Origin: Auanema rhodensis
Lineage: Eukaryota; Animalia; Nematoda
Reading direction: 5' to 3'
Length of the DNA stretch: 64,000 bases
NCBI GenBank assembly: GCA_964057225.1
Contig: OZ059897.1
Coordinates: forward strand, 19,530,001-19,594,000
Position 1 is the stretch's first letter. The number at the start of each line of letters is the position of its first letter. This document shows positions 40,101 through 52,658 of the stretch, in pieces. Both the position numbers and the translations under genes were made by a program. The notes under the pieces were generated by a model, which saw only the letters and a list, made by a program, of their open reading frames with translations, was not told the DNA's origin and did no database searches.

Positions 40101-43100
40101 AAAAATCCGCATCGAATGCACTATACTACATTGAGAAAAGCTTAATACAAAAATTAGTTATGATCGTTTGAAAAATGATGCATTAGTGTATGTTGAGTTT
40201 CCATGTACACTCAACATTGCTTCCAAAAACATTTTGACAAAAATTTTTTCGAAAAATTTCAAAATAATTTAGCAAAAAGTAGATGTTTTTAGATTCCTTT
40301 TTTCAAGGCAAAGACGATGGACAATGTTATTCAACGAGAAAATTAATTCTTCAGGGTGAAAATCGAGGATATAAGTGTGAACTTATATCAGTTGATATCT
40401 CGGTGCATTTTTAAGCTAGCGCAAATCTGATAACACAGATCGACGCAGCTTAAAAATCCGCATCGAATGCACTATACTACATTGAGAAAAGCTTAATACA
40501 AAAATTAGTTATGATCGTTAGAAAAATGATGCATTAGTGTATGTTGAGTTTCCATGTACACACAACATTGCTTCCAAAAATATTTTGACAAAAATTTTTT
40601 CGAAAAATTTCAAAATAATTTAGCAAAAAGTAGATGTTTTTAGATTCCATTTTTCAAGGCAAAGACGATGGACAATGTTATTCAACGAAAAAGTTAATTC
40701 TTCAGGGTGAAAATCGAGGATATAAGTGTGAACTTATATCAGTTGATATCTCGGTGCATTTTTAAGCTAGCGCAAATCTGATAACACAGATCGACGCAGC
40801 TTAAAAATCCGGATCGAATGCATTATACTACATTAAGAAACGTTTGATACAAAAATTAGTTATGATCGTTTGAAAAATGATGCATTAGTGTATGTTGAGT
40901 TTCCATGTACACTCAACATTGCTTCCAAAAACATTTTGACAAAAATTTTTTCGAAAAATTTCAAGATAATTTAGCAAAAAGTAGATGTTTTTAGATTCCA
41001 TTTTTCAAGGCAAAGACGATGGACAATGTTATTCAACGAAAAAATTGATTCTTCAGGGTGAAAATCGAGGATATAAGTGTGAACTTATATCAGTTGATAT
41101 CTCGGTGCATTTTTAAGCTAGCGCAAATCTGATAACACAGATCGACGCAGCTTAAAAATCCGCATCGAATGCACTATACTACATTGAGAAAAGCTTAATA
41201 CAAAAATTAGTTATGATCGTTTGAAAAATGATGCATTAGTGTATGTTGAGTTTCCATGTACACTCAACATTGCTTCCAAAAACATTTTGACAAAAATTTT
41301 TTCGAAAAATTTCAAAATAATTTAGCAAAAAGTAGATGTTTTTAGATTCCTTTTTTCAAGGCAAAGACGATGGACAATGTTATTCAACGAGAAAATTAAT
41401 TCTTCAGGGTGAAAATCGAGGATATAAGTGTGAACTTATATCAGTTGATATCTCGGTGCATTTTTAAGCTAGCGCAAATCTGATAACACAGATCGACGCA
41501 GCTTAAAAATCCGCATCGAATGCACTATACTACATTGAGAAAAGCTTAATACAAAAATTAGTTATGATCGTTAGAAAAATGATGCATTAGTGTATGTTGA
41601 GTTTCCATGTACACACAACATTGCTTCCAAAAACATTTTGACAAAAATTTTTTCGAAAAATTTCAAAATAATTTAGCAAAAAGTAGATGTTTTTAGATTC
41701 CATTTTTCAAGGCAAAGACGATGGACAATGTTATTCAACGAAAAAGTTAATTCTTCAGGGTGAAAATCGAGGATATAAGTGTGAACTTATATCAGTTGAT
41801 ATCTCGGTGCATTTTTAAGCTAGCGCAAATCTGAAAACACAGATCGACGCAGCTTAAAAATCCGCATCGAATGCACTATACTACATTGAGAAAAACTTAA
41901 TACAAAAATTAGTTATGATCGTTTGAAAAATGATGCATTAGTGTATGTTGAGTTTCCATGTACACTCAACATTGCTTCCAAAAACATTTTGACAAAAATT
42001 TTTTCGAAAAATTTCAAAATAATTTAGCAAAAAGTAGATGTTTTTAGATTCCATTTTTCAAGGCAAAGACGATGGACAATGTTATTCAACGAAAAAATTG
42101 ATTCTTCAGGGTGAAAATCGAGGATATAAGTGTGAACTTATATCAGTTGATATCTCGGTGCATTTTTAAGCTAGCGCAAATCTGATAACACAGATCGACG
42201 CAGCTTAAAAATCCGCATCGAATGCACTATACTACATTGAGAAAAGCTTAATACAAAAATTAGTTATGATCGTTTGAAAAATGATGCATTAGTGTATGTT
42301 GAGTTTCCATGTACACTCAACATTGCTTCCAAAAACATTTTGACAAAAATTTTTTCGAAAAATTTCAAAATAATTTAGCAAAAAGTAGATGTTTTTAGAT
42401 TCCATTTTTCAAGGCAAAGACGATGGACAATGTTATTCAACGAAAAAATTGATTCTTCAGGGTGAAAATCGAGGATATAAGTGTGAACTTATATCAGTTG
42501 ATATCTCGGTGCATTTTTAAGCTAGCGCAAATCTGATAACACAGATCGACGCAGCTTAAAAATCCGCATCGAATGCACTATACTACATTGAGAAAAGCTT
42601 AATACAAAAATTAGTTATGATCGTTTGAAAAATGATGCATTAGTGTATGTTGAGTTTCCATGTACACTCAACATTGCTTCCAAAAACATTTTGACAAAAA
42701 TTTTTTCGAAAAATTTCAAAATAATTTAGCAAAAAGTAGATGTTTTTAGATTCCATTTTTCAAGGCAAAGACGATGGACAATGTTATTCAACGAAAAAAT
42801 TAATTCTTCAGGGTGAAAATCGAGGATATAAGTGTGAACTTATATCAGTTGATATCTCGGTGCATTTTTAAGCTAGCGCAAATCTGATAACACAGATCGA
42901 CGCAGCTTAAAAATCCGCATCGAATGCACTATACTACATTGAAAAACGCTTAATACAAAAATTAGTTATGATCGTTTGAAAAATGATGCATTAGTGTATG
43001 TTGAGTTTCCATGTACACTCAACATTGCTTCCAAAAACATTTTGACAAAAATTTTTTCGAAAAATTTCAAAATAATTTAGCGAAAAGTAGATGTTTTTAG

Positions 43101-43882
43101 ATTCGATTTTTCAAGGCAAAGACGATGGACAATGTTATTCAACGAAAAAATTAATTCTTCAGGGTGAAAATCGAGGATATAAGTGTGAACTTATATCAGT
43201 TGATATCTCGGTGCATTTTTAAGCTAGCGCAAATCTGATAACACAGATCGACGCAGCTTAAAAATCCGCATCGAATGCACTATACTACATTGAAAAACGC
43301 TTGATACAAAAATTAGTTATGATCGTTTGAAAAATGATGCATTAGTGTATGTTGAGTTTCCATGTACACTCAACATTGCTTCCAAAAACATTTTGACAAA
43401 AATTTTTTCGAAAAATTTCAAAATAATTTAGCAAAAAGTAGATGTTTTTAGATTCCTTTTCTCAAGGCAAAGACGATGGACAATGTTATTCAACGAAAAA
43501 ATTATTTCTTCAGGGTGAAAATCGAGGATATAAGTGTGAACTTATATCAGTTGATATCTCGGTGCATTTTTAAGCTAGCGCAAATCTGATAACACAGATC
43601 GACGCAGCTTAAAAATCCGGATCGAATGCACTATACTACATTAAGAAACGCTTGATACAAAAATTAGTTATGATCGTTTGAAAAATGATGCATTAGTGTA
43701 TGTTGAGTTTCCATGTACACTCAACATTGCTTCCAAAAACATTTTGACAAAAATTTTTTCGAAAAATTTCAAAATAATTTAGCAAAAAGTAGATGTTTTT
43801 AGATTCCATTTTTCAAGGCAAAGACGATAGACAATGTTATTCAACGGAAAAGTTAATTCTTCAGGGTGAAAATCGAGGATAT

Positions 43883-45988
43883 AAGTGTGAACTTATATCA
43901 GTTGATATCTCGGTGCATTTTTAAGCTAGCGCAAATCTGATAACACAGATCGACGCAGCTTAAAAATCCGCATCGAATGCACTATACTACATTGAGAAAA
44001 GCTTAATACAAAAATTAGTTATGATCGTTAGAAAAATGATGCATTAGTGTATGTTGAGTTTCCATGTACACTCAACATTGCTTCCAAAAACATTTTGACA
44101 AAAATTTTTTCGAAAAATTTCAAAATAATTTAGCAAAAAGTAGATGTTTTTAGATTCCATTTTTCAAGGCAAAGACGATGGACAATGTTATTCAACGAAA
44201 AAGTTAATTCTTCAGGGTGAAAATCGAGGATATAAGTGTGAACTTATATCAGTTGATATCTCGGTGCATTTTTAAGCTAGCGCAAATCTGATAACACAGA
44301 TCGACGCAGCTTAAAAATCCGGATCGAATGCACTATACTACATTAAGAAACGCTTGATACAAAAATTAGTTATGATCGTTTGAAAAATGATGCATTAGTG
44401 TATGTTGAGTTTCCATGTACACTCAACATTGCTTCCAAAAACATTTTGACAAAAATTTTTTCGAAAAATTTCAAAATAATTTAGCAAAAAGTAGATGTTT
44501 TTAGATTCCTTTTTTCAAGGCAAAGACGATAGACAATGTTATTCAACGGAAAAGTTAATTCTTCAGGGTGAAAATCGAGGATATAAGTGTGAACTTATAT
44601 CAGTTGATATCTCGGTGCATTTTTAAGCTAGCGCAAATCTGATAACACAGATCGACGCAGCTTAAAAATCCGCATCGAATGCACTATACTACATTGAGAA
44701 AAGCTTAATACAAAAATTAGTTATGATCGTTAGAAAAATGATGCATTAGTGTATGTTGAGTTTCCATGTACACTCAACATTGCTTCCAAAAACATTTTGA
44801 CAAAAATTTTTTCGAAAAATTTCAAAATAATTTAGCAAAAAGTAGATGTTTTTAGATTCCATTTTTCAAGGCAAAGACGATGGACAATGTTATTCAACGA
44901 AAAAGTTAATTCTTCAGGGTGAAAATCGAGGATATAAGTGTGAACTTATATCAGTTGATATCTCGGTGCATTTTTAAGCTAGCGCAAATCTGATAACACA
45001 GATCGACGCAGCTTAAAAATCCGGATCGAATGCACTATACTACATTAAGAAACGCTTGATACAAAAATTAGTTATGATCGTTTGAAAAATGATGCATTAG
45101 TGTATGTTGAGTTTCCATGTACACTCAACATTGCTTCCAAAAACATTTTGACAAAAATTTTTTCGAAAAATTTCAAAATAATTTAGCAAAAAGTAGATGT
45201 TTTTAGATTCCTTTTTTCAAGGCAAAGACGATAGACAATGTTATTCAACGGAAAAGTTAATTCTTCAGGGTGAAAATCGAGGATATAAGTGTGAACTTAT
45301 ATCAGTTGATATCTCGGTGCATTTTTAAGCTAGCGCAAATCTGATAACACAGATCGACGCAGCTTAAAAATCCGCATCGAATGCACTATACTACATTGAG
45401 AAAAGCTTAATACAAAAATTAGTTATGATCGTTAGAAAAATGATGCATTAGTGTATGTTGAGTTTCCATGTACACTCAACATTGCTTCCAAAAACATTTT
45501 GACAAAAATTTTTTCGAAAAATTTCAAAATAATTTAGCAAAAAGTAGATGTTTTTAGATTCCATTTTTCAAGGCAAAGACGATGGACAATGTTATTCAAC
45601 GAAAAAGTTAATTCTTCAGGGTGAAAATCGAGGATATAAGTGTGAACTTATATCAGTTGATATCTCGGTGCATTTTTAAGCTAGCGCAAATCTGATAACA
45701 CAGATCGACGCAGCTTAAAAATCCGGATCGAATGCACTATACTACATTAAGAAACGCTTGATACAAAAATTAGTTATGATCGTTTGAAAAATGATGCATT
45801 AGTGTATGTTGAGTTTCCATGTACACTCAACATTGCTTCCAAAAACATTTTGACAAAAATTTTTTCGAAAAATTTCAAAATAATTTAGCAAAAAGTAGAT
45901 GTTTTTAGATTCCTTTTTTCAAGGCAAAGACGATAGACAATGTTATTCAACGGAAAAGTTAATTCTTCAGGGTGAAAATCGAGGATAT
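43883..45988. repeat. Higher-order repeat: dimer (702 bp) x3
   Basis: A CGTTAG/AAGTT monomer (43883, 44585, 45287) alternates with a CCGG/TCCTT/GATAG/CGGAAAAG monomer (44234, 44936, 45638). Confidence 0.9.
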
Positions 45989-48900
45989 AAGTGTGAACTT
46001 ATATCAGTTGATATCTCGGTGCATTTTTAAGCTAGCGCAAATCTGATAACACAGATCGACGCAGCTTAAAAATCCGCATCGAATGCACTATACTACATTG
46101 AGAAAAGCTTAATACAAAAATTAGTTATGATCGTTTGAAAAATGATGCATTAGTGTATGTTGAGTTTCCATGTACACTCAACATTGCTTCCAAAAACATT
46201 TTGACAAAAATTTTTTCGAAAAATTTCAAAATAATTTAGCAAAAAGTAGATGTTTTTAGATTCCTTTTTTCAAGGCAAAGACGATGGACAATGTTATTCA
46301 ACGAGAAAATTAATTCTTCAGGGTGAAAATCGAGGATTTAAGTGTGAACTTATATCAGTTGATATCTCGGTGCATTTTTAAGCTAGCGCAAATCTGATAA
46401 CACAGATCGACGCAGCTTAAAAATCCGCATCGAATGCACTATACTACATTGAGAAAAGCTTAATACAAAAATTAGTTATGATCGTTAGAAAAATGATGCA
46501 TTAGTGTATGTTGAGTTTCCATGTACACTCAACATTGCTTCCAAAAACATTTTGACAAAAATTTTTTCGAAAAATTTCAAAATAATTTACCAAAAAGTAG
46601 ATGTTTTTAGATTCCATTTTTCAAGGCAAAGACGATAGACAATGTTATTCAACGAAAAAGTTAATTCTTCAGGGTGAAAATCGAGGATATAAGTGTGAAC
46701 TTATATCAGTTGATATCTCGGTGCATTTTTAAGCTAGCGCAAATCTGATAACACAGATCGACGCAGCTTAAAAATCCGCATCGAATGCACTATATTACAT
46801 TGAGAAACACTTGATACAAAAATTAGTTATGATCGTTTGAAAAATGATGCATTAGTGTATGTTGAGTTTCCATGTACACTCAACATTGCTTCCAAAAACA
46901 TTTTGACAAAAATTTTTTCGAAAAATTTCAAAATAATTTAGCAAAAAGTAGATGTTTTAAGATTCCATTTTTCAAGGCAAAGACGATGGACAATGTTATT
47001 CAACGAAAAAATTAATTCTTCAGGGTGAAAATCGAGGATATAAGTGTGAACTTATATCAGTTGATATCTCGGTGCATTTTTAAGCTAGCGCAAATCTGAT
47101 AACACAGATCGACGCAGCTTAAAAATCCGCATCGAATGCACTATACTACATTGAGAAATGCTTAATACAAGAATTAGTTATGATCGTTTGAAAAATGATG
47201 CATTAGTGTATGTTGAGTTTCCATGTACACTCAACATTGCTTCCAAAAACATTTTGACAAAAATTTTTTCGAAAAATTTCAGAATTATTTAGCAAAAAGT
47301 AGATGTTTTTAGATTCCATTTTTCAAGGCAAAGACGATAGACAATGTTATTCAACGGAAAAGTTAATTCTTCAGGGTGAAAATCGAGGATATAAGTGTGA
47401 ACTTATATCAGTTGATATCTCGGTGCATTTTTAAGCTAGCGCAAATCTGATAACACAGATCGACGCAGCTTAAAAATCCGCATCGAATGCACTATACTAC
47501 ATTGAGAAAAGCTTAATACAAAAATTAGTTATGATCGTTAGAAAAATGATGCATTAGTGTATGTTGAGTTTCCATGTACACTCAACATTGCTTCCAAAAA
47601 CATTTTGACAAAAATTTTTTCGAAAAATTTCAAAATAATTTAGCAAAAAGTAGATGTTTTTAGATTCCATTTTTCAAGGCAAAGACGATGGACAATGTTA
47701 TTCAACGAAAAAGTTAATTCTTCAGGGTGAAAATCGAGGATATAAGTGTGAACTTATATCAGTTGATATCTCGGTGCATTTTTAAGCTAGCGCAAATCTG
47801 ATAACACAGATCGACGCAGCTTAAAAATCCGGATCGAATGCACTATACTACATTAAGAAACGCTTGATACAAAAATTAGTTATGATCGTTTGAAAAATGA
47901 TGCATTAGTGTATGTTGAGTTTCCATGTACACTCAACATTGCTTCCAAAAACATTTTGACAAAAATTTTTTCGAAAAATTTCAAAATAATTTAGCAAAAA
48001 GTAGATGTTTTTAGATTCCTTTTTTCAAGGCAAAGACGATAGACAATGTTATTCAACGGAAAAGTTAATTCTTCAGGGTGAAAATCGAGGATATAAGTGT
48101 GAACTTATATCAGTTGATATCTCGGTGCATTTTTAAGCTAGCGCAAATCTGATAACACAGATCGACGCAGCTTAAAAATCCGCATCGAATGCACTATACT
48201 ACATTGAGAAAAGCTTAATACAAAAATTAGTTATGATCGTTTGAAAAATGATGCATTAGTGTATGTTGAGTTTCCATGTACACTCAACATTGCTTCCAAA
48301 AACATTTTGACAAAAATTTTTTCGAAAAATTTCAAAATAATTTAGCAAAAAGTAGATGTTTTTAGATTCCTTTTTTCAAGGCAAAGACGATGGACAATGT
48401 TATTCAACGAGAAAATTAATTCTTCAGGGTGAAAATCGAGGATTTAAGTGTGAACTTATATCAGTTGATATCTCGGTGCATTTTTAAGCTAGCGCAAATC
48501 TGATAACACAGATCGACGCAGCTTAAAAATCCGCATCGAATGCACTATACTACATTGAGAAAAGCTTAATACAAAAATTAGTTATGATCGTTAGAAAAAT
48601 GATGCATTAGTGTATGTTGAGTTTCCATGTACACTCAACATTGCTTCCAAAAACATTTTGACAAAAATTTTTTCGAAAAATTTCAAAATAATTTACCAAA
48701 AAGTAGATGTTTTTAGATTCCATTTTTCAAGGCAAAGACGATAGACAATGTTATTCAACGAAAAAGTTAATTCTTCAGGGTGAAAATCGAGGATATAAGT
48801 GTGAACTTATATCAGTTGATATCTCGGTGCATTTTTAAGCTAGCGCAAATCTGATAACACAGATCGACGCAGCTTAAAAATCCGCATCGAATGCACTATA

Positions 48901-49498
48901 TTACATTGAGAAACACTTGATACAAAAATTAGTTATGATCGTTTGAAAAATGATGCATTAGTGTATGTTGAGTTTCCATGTACACTCAACATTGCTTCCA
49001 AAAACATTTTGACAAAAATTTTTTCGAAAAATTTCAAAATAATTTAGCAAAAAGTAGATGTTTTAAGATTCCATTTTTCAAGGCAAAGACGATGGACAAT
49101 GTTATTCAACGAAAAAATTAATTCTTCAGGGTGAAAATCGAGGATATAAGTGTGAACTTATATCAGTTGATATCTCGGTGCATTTTTAAGCTAGCGCAAA
49201 TCTGATAACACAGATCGACGCAGCTTAAAAATCCGCATCGAATGCACTATACTACATTGAGAAATGCTTAATACAAGAATTAGTTATGATCGTTTGAAAA
49301 ATGATGCATTAGTGTATGTTGAGTTTCCATGTACACTCAACATTGCTTCCAAAAACATTTTGACAAAAATTTTTTCGAAAAATTTCAGAATTATTTAGCA
49401 AAAAGTAGATGTTTTTAGATTCCATTTTTCAAGGCAAAGACGATAGACAATGTTATTCAACGGAAAAGTTAATTCTTCAGGGTGAAAATCGAGGATAT
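45287..49498. repeat. Higher-order repeat: hexamer (2106 bp) x2
   Basis: Rare variant GGATTTAAG occurs at 46338 and 48444. GAAATGCTT and CAGAATTAT mark the monomers at 47042 and 49148. Both pairs are 2106 bp apart. Confidence 0.9.
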
Positions 49499-52400
49499 AA
49501 GTGTGAACTTATATCAGTTGATATCTCGGTGCATTTTTAAGCTAGCGCAAATCTGATAACACAGATCGACGCAGCTTAAAAATCCGCATCGAATGCACTA
49601 TACTACATTGAGAAAAGCTTAATACAAAAATTAGTTATGATCGTTAGAAAAATGATGCATTAGTGTATGTTGAGTTTCCATGTACACTCAACATTGCTTC
49701 CAAAAACATTTTGACAAAAATTTTTTCGAAAAATTTCAAAATAATTTAGCAAAAAGTAGATGTTTTTAGATTCCTTTTTTCAAGGCAAAGACGATGGACA
49801 ATGTTATTCAACGAAAAAATTATTTCTTCAGGGTGAAAATCGAGGATATAAGTGTGAACTTATATCAGTTGATATCTCGGTGCATTTTTAAGCTAGCGCA
49901 AATCTGATAACACAGATCGACGCAGCTTAAAAATCCGGATCGAATGCACTATACTACATTAAGAAACGCTTGATACAAAAATTAGTTATGATCGTTTGAA
50001 AAATGATGCATTAGTGTATGTTGAGTTTCCATGTACACTCAACATTGCTTCCAAAAACATTTTGACAAAAATTTTTTCGAAAAATTTCAAAATAATTTAG
50101 CAAAAAGTAGATGTTTTTAGATTCCATTTTTCAAGGCAAAGACGATAGACAATGTTATTCAACGGAAAAGTTAATTCTTCAGGGTGAAAATCGAGGATAT
50201 AAGTGTGAACTTATATCAGTTGATATCTCGGTGCATTTTTAAGCTAGCGCAAATCTGATAACACAGATCGACGCAGCTTAAAAATCCGCATCGAATGCAC
50301 TATACTACATTGAAAAACGCTTGATACAAAAATTAGTTATGATCGTTTGAAAAATGATGCATTAGTGAATGTTGAGTTTCCATGTACACTCAATATTGCT
50401 TCCAAAAACATTTTGACAAAAATTTTTTCGAAAAATTTCAAAATAATTTAGCAAAAAGTAGATGTTTTTAGATTCCTTTTTTCAAGGCAAAGACGATGGA
50501 CAATGTTATTCAACGAAAAAATTATTTCTTCAGGGTGAAAATCGAGGATATAAGTGTGAACTTATATCAGTTGATATCTCGGTGCATTTTTAAGCTAGCG
50601 CAAATCTGATAACACAGATCGACGCAGCTTAAAAATCCGCATCGAATGCACTATACTACATTGAGAAACGCTTAATACAAAAATTAGTTATGATCGTTTG
50701 AAAAATGATGCATTAGTGTATGTTGAGTTTCCATGTACACTCAACATTGCTTCCAAAAACATTTTGACAAAAATTTTTTCGAAAAATTTCAAAATAATTT
50801 AGCAAAAAGTAGATGTTTTAAGATTCCATTTTTCAAGGCAAAGACGATGGACAATGTTATTCAACGAAAAAATTAATTCTTCAGGGTGAAAATCGAGGAT
50901 ATAAGTGTGAACTTATATCAGTTGATATCTCGGTGCATTTTTAAGCTAGCGCAAATCTGATAACACAGATCGACGCAGCTTAAAAATCCGCATCGAATGC
51001 ACTATACTACATTAAGAAACGCTTGATACAAAAATTAGTTATGATCGTTTGAAAAATGATGCATTAGTGTATGTTGAGTTTCCATGTACACTCAACATTG
51101 CTTCCAAAAACATTTTGACAAAAATTTTTTCGAAAAATTTCAAAATAATTTAGCAAAAAGTAGATGTTTTTAGATTCGATTTTTCAAGGCAAAGACGATG
51201 GACAATGTTATTCAACGAAAAAATTAATTCTTCAGGGTGAAAATCGAGGATATAAGTGTGAACTTATATCAGTTGATATCTCGGTGCATTTTTAAGCTAG
51301 CGCAAATCTGATAACACAGATCGACGCAGCTTAAAAATCCGCATCGAATGCACTATACTACATTGAGAAAAGCTTAATACAAAAATTAGTTATGATCGTT
51401 TGAAAAATGATGCATTAGTGTATGTTGAGTTTCCATGTACACTCAACATTGCTTCCAAAAACATTTTGACAAAAATTTTTTCGAAAAATTTCAAAATAAT
51501 TTAGCAAAAAGTAGATGTTTTTAGATTCCTTTTTTCAAGGCAAAGACGATGGACAATGTTATTCAACGAAAAAATTATTTCTTCAGGGTGAAAATCGAGG
51601 ATATAAGTGTGAACTTATATCAGTTGATATCTCGGTGCATTTTTAAGCTAGCGCAAATCTGATAACACAGATCGACGCAGCTTAAAAATCCGCATCGAAT
51701 GCACTATACTACATTGAAAAACGCTTGATACAAAAATTAGTTATGATCGTTTGAAAAATGATGCATTAGTGTATGTTGAGTTTCCATGTACACTCAACAT
51801 TGCTTCCAAAAACATTTTGACAAAAATTTTTTCGAAAAATTTCAAAATAATTTAGCAAAAAGTAGATGTTTTTAGATTCCTTTTTTCAAGGCAAAGACGA
51901 TGGACAATGTTATTCAACGAAAAAATTATTTCTTCAGGGTGAAAATCGAGGATATAAGTGTGAACTTATATCAGTTGATATCTCGGTGCATTTTTAAGCT
52001 AGCGCAAATCTGATAACACAGATCGACGCAGCTTAAAAATTCGCATCGAATGCACTATACTACATTGAGAAACGCTTAATACAAAAATTAGTTATGATCG
52101 TTTGAAAAATGATGCATTAGTGTATGTTGAGTTTCCATGTACACTCAACATTGCTTCCAAAAACATTTTGACAAAAATTTTTTCGAAAAATTTCAAAATA
52201 ATTTAGCAAAAAGTAGATGTTTTTAGATTCCTTTTTTCAAGGCAAAGACGATGGACAATGTTATTCAACGAAAAAATTATTTCTTCAGGGTGAAAATCGA
52301 GGATATAAGTGTGAACTTATATCAGTTGATATCTCGGTGCATTTTTAAGCTAGCGCAAATCTGATAACACAGATCGACGCAGCTTAAAAATTCGCATCGA

Positions 52401-52658
52401 ATGCACTATACTACATTGAGAAACGCTTAATACAAAAATTAGTTATGATCGTTTGAAAAATGATGCATTAGTGTATGTTGAGTTTCCATGTACACTCAAC
52501 ATTGCTTCCAAAAACATTTTGACAAAAATTTTTTCGAAAAATTTCAAAATAATTTAGCAAAAAGTAGATGTTTTTAGATTCCTTTTTTCAAGGCAAAGAC
52601 GATGGACAATGTTATTCAACGAAAAAAATTATTTCTTCAGGGTGAAAATCGAGGATAT

